Of a stretch of DNA of 64,000 nucleotides, positions 9,601-18,325 are shown piece after piece. Made by a program: the position numbers and the translations under genes. This DNA is from Acidimicrobiia bacterium (GTDB taxonomy: Bacteria; Actinomycetota; Acidimicrobiia; Spongiisociales; JAENVV01): NCBI GenBank assembly GCA_041577335.1, contig JBFGJH010000004.1, positions 22,549 through 86,548 of the forward strand, given 5' to 3'. A model generated the notes under the pieces. That model saw nothing but the letters and a program-made list of their open reading frames with translations. It made no database searches and was not told the origin of the DNA. The first letter of the stretch is position 1. Each line of letters starts with the position of its first letter.

Positions 9601-10119
9601 GTGGGTACCCTTGGAGCTGTGACGGTCCTGCGAATTCAACGAGGCGACATCACCACTCTCAGCGTGGACGCCATCGTGAACGCCGCCAACTCGTCGCTGC
9701 TGGGAGGGGGAGGCGTCGATGGGGCCATCCACCGGGCCGCCGGCCCGGGTTTGCTCGAGGAGTGCCGCCGCTTGGGAGGCTGCCCGACGGGCGAGGCCCG
9801 CATCACCGGCGGATACGACCTGCCCGCCACATTCGTCATCCATACCGTCGGTCCGGCATGGCAGGGAGGAGCAGCAGGAGAGCCCGGTCTGCTCGCCTCT
9901 TGTTATCGCAACAGTCTCAGGCTGGCGGTCGAGAACGGAGCCACAACGATTGCATTCCCTGCCATCAGCTGCGGCGTGTACGGGTACCCGCCCGGCCGAG
10001 CGGCCGTGGTCGCCATCGAAGAGGTGCGGAGGTTTCCCCGACTCGCAGAGCTGGAAACGGTGCTTTTCGTGGTCTTCGGGGACGATGTGGCGGCCGCGTA
10101 TGAGGCCGCACTCAGCTAG
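9601..10119 (+). CDS. Macro domain protein (O-acetyl-ADP-ribose deacetylase / ADP-ribose-binding, YmdB-like)
   Basis: [34 protein letters not shown] is the classic macro-domain motif. GTG start at 9601; an alternative GTG at 9619. Confidence 0.8.
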   Translation: MGTLGAVTVLRIQRGDITTLSVDAIVNAANSSLLGGGGVDGAIHRAAGPGLLEECRRLGGCPTGEARITGGYDLPATFVIHTVGPAWQGGAAGEPGLLASCYRNSLRLAVENGATTIAFPAISCGVYGYPPGRAAVVAIEEVRRFPRLAELETVLFVVFGDDVAAAYEAALS

Positions 10120-10628
10120 GCCTCTTCGGGCGGTTCGGCAATACGCGCTCCGAGCTCACGGTCCATCAGCAGCAGTGCTGCCCCGTCGTCGCCGATCCGG
10201 CGGAGGTCGTCGACGATCTGCGACACGGTGGCTTCTTCTTCTACCTGCTCGGTTATGAACCAGTTGAGGAGCGGAAGCGACGCAAAGTCCTGCTCGCTCT
10301 GGGCCAGGGCATAGAGGTTGTGTATCGATGCAGTCACGCCACGCTCTTGGCGCAAGGAAGCATCAAATACGTCGACGAGCGACTCGAACGACGTCGCCGG
10401 CGCCGGGAGCGCCTGGATCTCGATGTTCGCCTCGCGTTCGACCATGAAATCGAAGAAGCGCAGACCATGGGAGCGCTCCTCGTCGGCCTGGATCCGCATC
10501 CACGCCGCCATCCCCGGCAGGGACGCATTCTCCAAGAATGCCGCCATTTGTAGGTAGGCGTTCGAAGAAGCCAACTCGAGTGAGATCTGGTCGTTGAAGG
10601 CTCGGACCAGTTTCTCGGGCATCGACAT
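10116..10628 (-). CDS. Ferritin-like (bacterial non-heme ferritin) protein
   Basis: Ferritin four-helix signature: [13 protein letters not shown]...[13 protein letters not shown]...[12 protein letters not shown]...[14 protein letters not shown] at 10626-10628 with GGAGCC upstream. Convergent 4-bp overlap with the macro gene. Confidence 0.85.
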   Translation of the reverse strand: MSMPEKLVRAFNDQISLELASSNAYLQMAAFLENASLPGMAAWMRIQADEERSHGLRFFDFMVEREANIEIQALPAPATSFESLVDVFDASLRQERGVTASIHNLYALAQSEQDFASLPLLNWFITEQVEEEATVSQIVDDLRRIGDDGAALLLMDRELGARIAEPPEEA

Positions 10629-10889
10629 AAGAGGCTCCTTGGGTCTGTGAGGTCACCAGAAACGGTACTCCGTGGAAGCGGGTTCGCGTAACCACACCAA
10701 TTGGCGAAGTTGCTGGTCGACATCCTATTCGTTGGCGGGCTGGATTCCATCGTGACTCAGCCGACGCGAGTGCTTGCGACGTGAAGTCAGTCCTCGGCAG
10801 CCCGCGCTGGCTCTCTTTGGGACTATCGGCCCTTTTTGTGTACACGCCTACCCTGGTAGGTTGCTTGCAGTCTGCAAGGAGTTGACCCG

Positions 10890-11513
10890 GTGCGAAATCT
10901 CGCGTTGATCGCATCCATTGTCCTGATCGTCGCGGCCTGTGGCACGGAGGCATCGACTCCAACGGTCGATGCGGCTGCCCAGCAAACCAGTGTGGTCACG
11001 TCCGCTCCCGCGGCCACGACTAGTCAGCCGCCGGCTACCGAAATGACAATGGATAGCACGATGCACGACGACGCGGATCACGAGGAGCCAGCCGACCACG
11101 AAGAGGAACCGGCGAACCACGACGACGAGGCCGATCACGAGGAGAGTCTGGAAACGCCCGATCGTGACATGACGATCATCATGAATGAGTTCGCCTTTGA
11201 GCCCGACTCGATCACGGTCGCTGCCGGCGAAACAGTTCGCTTTGTAGTCAGTAATGAAGGCGCCATCGAGCATGAATTCAGGCTGACGACCAAACATTCC
11301 GCACAAGAGCACATTGAAGCCGGCCACGAGGGCCATGACGACGAGGCCGCCTCGACCGACCACGGCCACAAAGAGGTGCTGCTTCTTGTTGCCGCCGGCG
11401 AAACCGCGGACATAATCGTCACCTTTGACGACGCCGATGAGTTCGACGTCGTTGCCTGCCTTCTGCCCGGTCACTACGAGGCTGGAATGCTCGCCGAGTT
11501 CGCTATCGAATAG
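10890..11513 (+). CDS. Lipoprotein with His/Asp/Glu-rich linker and a C-terminal cupredoxin (type-1 copper) domain
   Basis: GTG start at 10890 after AAGGAG. Lipobox LIVAACGT. Acidic His-rich stretch HDDADHEEPADHEEEPANHDDEADHEE. Blue-copper ligand pattern ...IEHEF... and VACLLPGHYEAGM (Cys-X2-P-X-His-X4-Met). Confidence 0.7.
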   Translation: MRNLALIASIVLIVAACGTEASTPTVDAAAQQTSVVTSAPAATTSQPPATEMTMDSTMHDDADHEEPADHEEEPANHDDEADHEESLETPDRDMTIIMNEFAFEPDSITVAAGETVRFVVSNEGAIEHEFRLTTKHSAQEHIEAGHEGHDDEAASTDHGHKEVLLLVAAGETADIIVTFDDADEFDVVACLLPGHYEAGMLAEFAIE

Positions 11514-11576
11514 GTGACCACACGCGAAAGACGCACGCCAGGAATGCGTGCGTCTTCCTCAGTCGCCTGTGGTCGC

Positions 11577-13337
11577 CTAGTAGGTGACGCTCGCCTCGTT
11601 CGAGCAAACCGTGGTGCCTTCTTCACAGATCTGATACACGTACGTCCCCGAGGGTGGTGTCCGGAATCGATCCAGATACGAGCCATCATTGGACGTCCGT
11701 CGCAACACGACGCCGTCTCGGACCACGTCCACGGCGCGTCCTTCGGCTCCTGACCAGGTCAGGTCGGTAGCGCTGCGGCCACGATCCTCGGTGGCGACCG
11801 CCGTCAGGGTGATGTCACCACCACCGACGACCTCCAGCGTCACCGACACCGTGTCCGATGCCGAATTGCCTGACGAGTCCGTGACTGACGCGGTCACCAC
11901 GTGAGTGCCGTCGGTCAACGCGGCCGTCACCGACCCACCGGTGCCGAGGTCGCCGTCGAGGTCCGAGGACCACGATATGTCGGCCGTGAGATCGCCGTCT
12001 TCGTCATCGTCGGCTGTAGCCACGAACGGCACCGAGTCGCCAGATGTGAAGGTCGAGCCGTTGGCCGGCGACGAGATCGACACGCTGGGGTCGCCGTCGC
12101 CACCGCCGCCAGTTGCTGCGAGCACCGGAACAATCCCGGTCACATCGAGCAGCGGCTCGAGGATTCCGTCGCCCGAGTCGTCGACCCAGTTGAAGTTGCC
12201 GTTGCCGGTGATCTGGCCGTAGAGCGACGCAACGTCGCCGGCATTGTTGGGTTTGTCTGCGCTGGCCAGGAGAGCCAATGCGCCTGCGACGTGAGGGCTC
12301 GCCATCGACGTTCCGCTGATGGTCCCGTACGAGCCCCGCTCGATGGGAAATGTGGACAGAATGCACGACCCGGGGCCGGCGATGTCGACGGCCGAGCCGA
12401 AGTTGGAGTACCACGCGAGCGTGTCGTCTTGATCGACATCGCAGAACGGGCCACCGCCTGCACCGGGAGCGCCGTCGAAGTCGGCAATGGCGCTGACGGT
12501 GAGGACATTGTCGAATGCAGCCGGGCTGTAGTTGGAGGCGTTCTGAGAGTCGTTGCCGGCCGCGACGGCAAAGGCCACGCCTGCGTCGACGGCCCCTTGG
12601 ATGGCGTCGTACTCGGCTTGGTTGAACCCAAAGCCGCTCAGGCTCATGTTGGCAACCTCGATCGTGCCGGCGTTGGCGGCTACCCAGTCAATGCCCGCAA
12701 TGATCCACGAACTGGACCCGGAGCCGCGCCGGTTGAGAACTTTCACCGACCAGATGCGGGCGCCGGGGGCGACCCCGACGACCCCGTCTCCGTTGTCGAT
12801 GGCGCCGATCGTGCCGGCGACATGGGTGCCGTGATAGTGGTCATCGTCGCCGCCGGTCACGCATGAGCCCGACGTGCAGGTGACGCCGCCAACCGCGTTG
12901 AGGTCGGGATGCTCGAGATCGACACCGGTATCGAGGACCGCCACATCGACGTCGACGCGGAAGTCATCAGAACCGTCGATGTCGATGGAGGTGTTGGCAT
13001 CAGCGAACACCCGCTGGATTCCGGTCGGGATGTCCTGGGCGGCGATCGACCGCACCTGGTCGGGAACGACGTACTTGACCCGGGGATTGCGTGCCAGATT
13101 GTCGGCAGCCTGGGCAGTCATGGAGGCAGAGAAGCCCCGGATGGCGTGGCGGTAGACCTGGTCCAGCTCACCTTCATGCGCCCTGGTCAGCTCTTCGGCA
13201 GCGTCGCCGACATCGGTTGCCTCTTCGTTGAGGACAACGATGTAGCCCTGCTGGCTGGTCGGAGCAGCCGCAGTGGCGCCGGCCAAAACACCCAACACCA
13301 TGGCAACGGCGAGCAAGGCCTTCAATGAACGATTCAC
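11577..13337 (-). CDS. Secreted S8 family serine peptidase (subtilisin-like) with C-terminal Ig-like/beta-sandwich extension
   Basis: Catalytic triad motifs AVLDTGVDLEHPDL, HGTHVAGTIGA, GTSMASPHVAGALALL. The preferred start is GTG at 13337, with GGAGGGAAG nine nt upstream and signal peptide VNRSLKALLAVAMVLGVLAGATAAAP. The ORF extends to a TTG at 13400. Confidence 0.9.
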   Translation of the reverse strand: MNRSLKALLAVAMVLGVLAGATAAAPTSQQGYIVVLNEEATDVGDAAEELTRAHEGELDQVYRHAIRGFSASMTAQAADNLARNPRVKYVVPDQVRSIAAQDIPTGIQRVFADANTSIDIDGSDDFRVDVDVAVLDTGVDLEHPDLNAVGGVTCTSGSCVTGGDDDHYHGTHVAGTIGAIDNGDGVVGVAPGARIWSVKVLNRRGSGSSSWIIAGIDWVAANAGTIEVANMSLSGFGFNQAEYDAIQGAVDAGVAFAVAAGNDSQNASNYSPAAFDNVLTVSAIADFDGAPGAGGGPFCDVDQDDTLAWYSNFGSAVDIAGPGSCILSTFPIERGSYGTISGTSMASPHVAGALALLASADKPNNAGDVASLYGQITGNGNFNWVDDSGDGILEPLLDVTGIVPVLAATGGGGDGDPSVSISSPANGSTFTSGDSVPFVATADDDEDGDLTADISWSSDLDGDLGTGGSVTAALTDGTHVVTASVTDSSGNSASDTVSVTLEVVGGGDITLTAVATEDRGRSATDLTWSGAEGRAVDVVRDGVVLRRTSNDGSYLDRFRTPPSGTYVYQICEEGTTVCSNEASVTY

Positions 13338-13449
13338 CGGATTCTTCCCTCCACAAACCACAAAAAGTGAAGCAGTCTGCTCTCTTCGTGATGTTGACAA
13401 CGCCGAACAGTAACGGACACGGCGGCTGCTGGAAAGGGGCGCCGTCGAT

Positions 13450-14019
13450 ATGCGTCAGCATCAACCCGACTGCGACCTCTGCTCAACCAATCGGTCGGGA
13501 TCGCCTTTCAAGGTCGGTACCATCCGCCCTGTGCCAGCATCCGTCATAGGAACCACACTATTTGGACTCGTCTTTTGGTTCGGGGCTCCCCTCGTCGTGC
13601 GCGCCCTTGGTTACACCCCAATCGCTCGGGCTCGCGTGTGGCTGGTGCTGGGCATCGCGGCTGTCGGCGTGTCGTGGTTTCTACCAAGTCCCTTCTTCTC
13701 GAACCACACGGTGACCTTTTCCCAGCACGCCGTGGGAGGTGGCGTGGCATCGGTTTGCGTGGCCTACTACCTCATCAGCCATGTTCCGAACACCACCTTC
13801 TTCCAGCGCGGCCTGGGGGTCTTGGCGGTGACTTCGGTGCTGGGCGTCGGCAACGAGATGCTGGAGCTGGTTCTCGATGAAGTGAGGGGCACGCGGTTGA
13901 CGGCCGATGCAGCGTGGGATCTCTTCGCCAACACCCTGGGGGCGCTGATTGCCTTCTTGGTGGTCGAGTTGGGTCGAACCGTCTTCAGGCGGCCGCCGAC
14001 GCCTGAGCTTCCCGCCTAG
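13450..14019 (+). CDS. VanZ-like family membrane protein (hypothetical)
   Basis: Multiple TM helices. The C-terminal DAAWDLFANTLGALIAFLV resembles the VanZ DxDDxxxNxxG motif. ATG at 13450. Confidence 0.5.
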   Translation: MRQHQPDCDLCSTNRSGSPFKVGTIRPVPASVIGTTLFGLVFWFGAPLVVRALGYTPIARARVWLVLGIAAVGVSWFLPSPFFSNHTVTFSQHAVGGGVASVCVAYYLISHVPNTTFFQRGLGVLAVTSVLGVGNEMLELVLDEVRGTRLTADAAWDLFANTLGALIAFLVVELGRTVFRRPPTPELPA

Positions 14020-14314
14020 CCGCCTCGTCGTCCACCATCCAGGCGAAAAAGCACGAGTCGTTGCGTTCGGCCATCCGTTTCATCCGCCAATCGGCCACTA
14101 CCGATTCTTCGTCGGAGCCTCTTGATTCAGTTGTGATGATTGCAAAACAGCGTTCGTCGAGCCGCGTCTTGGCCAGCCGGTCAGCCAGCAAGTTCAACGT
14201 GGCGGCGCCACGGATCCTTCGCACGCGATGCGACCGGTCGGTCACGACAGCCCAATGCGGGTGACCCCCTGGCTTGCACCCCAGCCACTGTGCGATCCGG
14301 GCGAGATCGCTCAT
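13985..14314 (-). CDS. Small hypothetical protein (~109 aa; MSDLARIAQWLGCKPGGHPHWAVVTD...)
   Basis: ORF 13985..14479 with in-frame ATGs at 14356, 14329 and 14314. Composition is protein-like (D/E/K/F/W/M), unlike the R/P-rich off-frame ORFs around it. It lies in a 490-bp gap between two annotated genes. No homology was recognised. Confidence 0.3.
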   Translation of the reverse strand: MSDLARIAQWLGCKPGGHPHWAVVTDRSHRVRRIRGAATLNLLADRLAKTRLDERCFAIITTESRGSDEESVVADWRMKRMAERNDSCFFAWMVDDEAARREAQASAAA

Positions 14315-14510
14315 ATCCCGACAAGCCATTCCACGAAACTCTCTCTTTGATCTCATGTGCGGCAACGTAGAAGACGGGTGTGACAGAAACGCGTGGACTC
14401 GTCCCAAACAAGCACGACCAGCGTCGGGATCGAATCGCTCCGCTCCCCTCAGACAGCACGCCGGAAGCGCAGTTGGCACGGCGTTTCAGGACGGAAGAAG
14501 GCCAAGCCGC

Positions 14511-16100
14511 TCACGCCTCGGCGAGGTCTCCGAGAACCTGTTGAGCAGCCAGCTTGCCGGGCGCTCCCATGACACACCCACCGGGATGGGTGCCCGAGCC
14601 GCACTGGTAGTAGCTCTCGATGGGCGTCCGGTATTGATTCCAGCCCGGCGCCGGCCGGAAGAAGTACATCTGAGGGGTGAGGAACTCGCCCGCAAAGATA
14701 TTGCCCTCGCTGAGGCCCACCCTGCGTTCGATGTCGAGCGGAGTCACCACCTCCCGGAACATGACCAGGTCGCCGAACCCGGGAAAGAACGACTCGAGCG
14801 TGGCCTGGACTGTGTCGCCGAGATTGTCCCGCTCGGCGTCCCAATCAGTGCCATCGAGCTCGAAGGGCGTGTACTGAACAAAACACGACATGATGTGTTT
14901 GCCAGGCGGGCTCATGTTGGGGTCGAGCATCGACTGCACGCACGCGTCGATGAACGGGCGCTTCGAGAAGGTGCCGTATTTGGCCTCGTCGAAGGCCCGC
15001 TCGAGGTAGTCCATAGAAGGCCCGATGTTGACGAACCCGCGATAGACGTCAGTCCGATCGCCCAAGGCCGGGTAACGGGGCAGGCCCTCGAGGGCGAAGT
15101 TGACTTTCGAGGAGCTCCCCTGGAACTTGTACTCCTCGACGCTCTGGACGAGATCAGTCGGCAGTTGCCGGGGATCCAGGAGCTGGAGGAACGTGCGTCG
15201 CGGATCGAGGGCACTCACCACCGTTGTCGCGTGGATCTCTTCGCCGGACTCGAGAGCGACGCCGACGGCTTGGCCGTTCTTCACGATCACCTCGGCCACC
15301 GACGCTCCAAGGCGGATGTCTGCTCCGAACGCCTGCGCAGCCCGCCCGACGGCCTGGGTGAATCCGCCGTTGCCGCCTTTGTGGAATCCCCACTCGCCGA
15401 AGACACCGTCGATCTCACCGAGCAGGTGATAGAGCAGCACCAACCCAGATCCTTGTGAACGCGGACCCACCCGGCTGCCGATGATGCCGCTCGACGCGAA
15501 GAGACCTTTGAGGATGTCCGACTCGAAGTAGCCGTCGAGAACGTCGGCGGCGCTCCCGGTCAAGAGCCGAACCAGGAGATGCAGCACCTTGGGATCGAGA
15601 CCCCGGAGATGCTGGCCGAGCCGGGCAACGCGGGCCAGCTCCGCCGGATCGGTGCTGACGATGTTGGGCGGAATCTCATCGAGCAGAGGCTTCACCGCAT
15701 GGCCGACTCTTTCCATGAGGTGGGAGTAGTCGCGGTAGGCCTCGGCATCGCGCTTCGAGTGGCGGGCGATCTCGTGATAGTTCTCACCCCCGTCGGGACC
15801 AAGGTGGAGGTAGTCGCCGTTCTCCATTGGAGCGAAGTGGTGTTCGAGCGGGATGACGAGCATGCCGTGCTTCACGAGGTCGAGATCGTGGACGATGTCT
15901 GGCCGCAGCAGGCTGATCGCATACGAGAAGGTCGTGAAATGAAAGCCCGGGTGGAGCTCTTCGGTGATGGCCGCTCCGCCGACCATCTCGTTGCGTTCCA
16001 AGACCAAGGCCTTCAGTCCCGCTTTGGCTAGATAGGCGGCGTTGACCAGCCCGTTGTGGCCGCCGCCCACCACGAGAACGTCATATTCTGTCCTGGTCAT
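14511..16100 (-). CDS. FAD/NAD(P)-dependent oxidoreductase (phytoene-desaturase-like amine oxidase family)
   Basis: YDVLVVGGGHNGLVNAAYLAKAGLKALVLERNEMVGGAA is a Rossmann GxGxxG dinucleotide-binding motif. The start ATG at 16100..16098 overlaps the stop of the upstream GcvT-like gene (ATGA). The long N-terminal extension to 16541 is rejected. Confidence 0.85.
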   Translation of the reverse strand: MTRTEYDVLVVGGGHNGLVNAAYLAKAGLKALVLERNEMVGGAAITEELHPGFHFTTFSYAISLLRPDIVHDLDLVKHGMLVIPLEHHFAPMENGDYLHLGPDGGENYHEIARHSKRDAEAYRDYSHLMERVGHAVKPLLDEIPPNIVSTDPAELARVARLGQHLRGLDPKVLHLLVRLLTGSAADVLDGYFESDILKGLFASSGIIGSRVGPRSQGSGLVLLYHLLGEIDGVFGEWGFHKGGNGGFTQAVGRAAQAFGADIRLGASVAEVIVKNGQAVGVALESGEEIHATTVVSALDPRRTFLQLLDPRQLPTDLVQSVEEYKFQGSSSKVNFALEGLPRYPALGDRTDVYRGFVNIGPSMDYLERAFDEAKYGTFSKRPFIDACVQSMLDPNMSPPGKHIMSCFVQYTPFELDGTDWDAERDNLGDTVQATLESFFPGFGDLVMFREVVTPLDIERRVGLSEGNIFAGEFLTPQMYFFRPAPGWNQYRTPIESYYQCGSGTHPGGCVMGAPGKLAAQQVLGDLAEA

Positions 16101-17326
16101 GACGTCGCCAGTGCGAGCGGAGCGGTCTTGCGGTCGGGGTTGTACATGGGCATCGACGTCACATGGCATTTGACGTAGGCGGGTCGGTGCAGGACCGTCC
16201 GCTCGAGGTAGACCTCCGAGCCGACGTTTGCCCGATCGAGCGGTACCTTGGCGATGCCGATGTGGCGTTTCAGCAGGGGCGAGAACATGAAGCTGGTCAC
16301 GTAGCCAAGGTATTGCCCGCCGGAATCTGCGTTGAAGTCCCGGTCGTACAAGCTCTGAGAAGAATCCACGTACACACCCTGCTTCGGTGCGATCAGGCCC
16401 CGGCTGTTGAACAGCGTCTCGTAGGCACCAGGGTCGGCCTGGATGCCCACCGTCTTCCAGCGAGAAGCGCCGAGCTCCCGTTCTCGAGCAATGGCGGCGG
16501 CTCCCACGTACGGCCGGGAATCGGGATTCTTCATCATCCAACCCAATCCGAGCTCGTCCGGGGTTTCACGCTCGGCGGCGGTCCAGGCATGGCGGGCCGA
16601 CGTGAAGTCGACATCGATGAGCAGCATACCGGCGTCCAGCCGGGCCATGGTCAGTGCCCGTGATCCAATGGGCACGAGGTTGAAGGCCGCGCCGGCACCA
16701 ACAATCGTGTCGAACACCGGAACGGCATCGAGCGCCTCCACCCATATCTCGTAGCCGAGGTCGCCGGTGAAGCCGGTTCGGGAGATCATGACGCTCCTGT
16801 CGGCAAGCGTTGCCGACGTCACGCCGAAATGCGGCAATGCCCAGACATCCGCGCCGGCTGCCGCCAGCACTTCGATCGACAGCGGACCCTGCAACGCCAG
16901 GATCCCGTATCGCTCAGAGACATCGTCGATGACCACATCCTGCCGGCCGGCGACGCGGGTGAGGTAGTCGAGGTTCGGTTTGGCGGTGCTCAGCCAGAAC
17001 TCCACGTCTCCCGTCCGGAGGAGCACGCCGTCTTCGAGCACGAACCCCTGATCGTCACACCACACCGTGTACTGGCCGGCACCGACCGAGCAGCGACCGG
17101 GGTCCCGAGCCATCACGCCGCTCAGAAACCCGACGGCATCTGGGCCGACAATCCGGTATTTGAAGAGAGGAGAGGTATCGAAGATCGCGGCCGAGTTTCG
17201 GACCGCGTAGTACTCGTACGTGCTGGATTGCTGGTACTTCACGGCCGACAGGTACCCCGACCACGCTTCCCACAGGTGGGTTGTATTCAGCGGTTCCAGG
17301 CGGTTGTGAAACGGGGTCTTTTTCAT
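16097..17326 (-). CDS. Aminomethyltransferase (GcvT / glycine-cleavage T-protein) family protein
   Basis: KKTPFHNRLEPLNTTHLWEAWSGYLSAVKYQQSSTYEYYAVRNSAAIFDTSPLFKYRIVGPDA is the GcvT_N folate-binding family. ATG at 17326..17324; the upstream in-frame extension is rejected. Confidence 0.8.
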   Translation of the reverse strand: MKKTPFHNRLEPLNTTHLWEAWSGYLSAVKYQQSSTYEYYAVRNSAAIFDTSPLFKYRIVGPDAVGFLSGVMARDPGRCSVGAGQYTVWCDDQGFVLEDGVLLRTGDVEFWLSTAKPNLDYLTRVAGRQDVVIDDVSERYGILALQGPLSIEVLAAAGADVWALPHFGVTSATLADRSVMISRTGFTGDLGYEIWVEALDAVPVFDTIVGAGAAFNLVPIGSRALTMARLDAGMLLIDVDFTSARHAWTAAERETPDELGLGWMMKNPDSRPYVGAAAIARERELGASRWKTVGIQADPGAYETLFNSRGLIAPKQGVYVDSSQSLYDRDFNADSGGQYLGYVTSFMFSPLLKRHIGIAKVPLDRANVGSEVYLERTVLHRPAYVKCHVTSMPMYNPDRKTAPLALATS

Positions 17327-17527
17327 CGCGGCCGAGCCTACCGGTCGGCGAAGGGAGGATTGGCGCCGCTGAGCAGTGCCTCGCCGCTCCACGTCGGTCG
17401 TGCGGCGACCCGCTACCCGCAGAGGACCGGATCGACGGAAGAACAACTAGTAGGCCGAGAAAGCACTCAACCCTCAATCACACGCGTAACCTGACCGATA
17501 ACCACCGAATCTCAGGATGAGGAACCA

Positions 17528-18286
17528 ATGCAGACGACGTGCATGAACTGTGGAAAGTCATGGGAGCCGGCCGAGAACGAGTTCGAATGCCCCTCCTGCG
17601 GATGGGACCTTCCGGGTGGGCCTCCTCCTCCGCCGGGTGAGATCTCGTCCGAGGGTTCCGACCCGGCGCCTCAGGTCGACCCGTTCGGCGCCCCGTCATC
17701 GGCGCCGGATCCCTACGGCGGGAACCCCTTCCTTGGCGAGGCTCCGCCGACCGCCGACCCGCCCCCCGCATCGGCGACGGCCTATCAGGCGCCACCCAAG
17801 ACAGGGATGTCCACAACGGCCAAGGTGCTCATCGGCGTCGGTGTTGCCGCAGTGGGCCTGATCATCATGGGTGTGTTGGCCGTCGTGTTGTTGTTCAACC
17901 GAGCCGCCGACGTCATCGTAGAGGAAGGCGGAGCGGACCTGTTCGGGGGGACCGCCGCCACCAACCTCCAAGTCGGGGCCTGCTATGACACCGCCCGACC
18001 GGATGTCGAGGTCGACTGCTCGAGCTCCCACACGCACGAGGTTTTCGGGTTGATCGAATGGACCAAGACCAGCAGCTACCCGAGTGAGCTCGACGTATTT
18101 GCCGAGGTGTACTGCGAAGACCTGTTCCAGGCCTACGTAGGCATCGATTACTTCGAATCCGACCTCTGGTACGAAACTGCACGGCCGTCCGAAGCCGCCT
18201 GGGACTCGGGCGACCATGACATTCGTTGTGTTCTCTACCAGCCAGGCACCACGCTCACCGGCTCTGAGTTTGGTTCTGCCCGGTAG
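17528..18286 (+). CDS. Membrane protein with N-terminal zinc-ribbon (CxxC...CxxC), Pro-rich linker, one TM helix and a 4-Cys extracytoplasmic domain
   Basis: MQTTCMNCGKSWEPAENEFECPSCGW; PPPPPGE...; TM KVLIGVGVAAVGLIIMGVLAVVLL; C-terminal GACYD...DCSSSHTHEVFG...YCEDL...IRCVLYQP. Confidence 0.6.
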   Translation: MQTTCMNCGKSWEPAENEFECPSCGWDLPGGPPPPPGEISSEGSDPAPQVDPFGAPSSAPDPYGGNPFLGEAPPTADPPPASATAYQAPPKTGMSTTAKVLIGVGVAAVGLIIMGVLAVVLLFNRAADVIVEEGGADLFGGTAATNLQVGACYDTARPDVEVDCSSSHTHEVFGLIEWTKTSSYPSELDVFAEVYCEDLFQAYVGIDYFESDLWYETARPSEAAWDSGDHDIRCVLYQPGTTLTGSEFGSAR

Positions 18287-18325
18287 GCCAAGACGTCGGC
18301 TGGTGTCGTACGGAAAGCAACGGTG

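Noticed and set aside
11901-12866. 321-aa plus-strand ORF
   Set aside because: Antisense to the S8 peptidase gene, whose catalytic motifs are unambiguous. Arg/Gly/Ala-rich junk composition.
14274-15458. 394-aa ORF on the plus strand
   Set aside because: It lies entirely antisense to the strongly supported FAD oxidoreductase (14511..16100). The composition is Arg/Ala/Glu-rich, typical of shadow ORFs in high-GC DNA.
14511-16541. Long N-terminal extensions of several ORFs (e.g. 14511..16541, 16097..17446, 52215..53699, 43833..45662, 41803..43191, 40967..42004)
   Set aside because: The extensions are Arg/Pro/Gly-rich low-complexity junk, and internal ATG/GTG starts coincide with RBS-like sequences or 4-nt start-stop overlaps. 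The internal starts are adopted.
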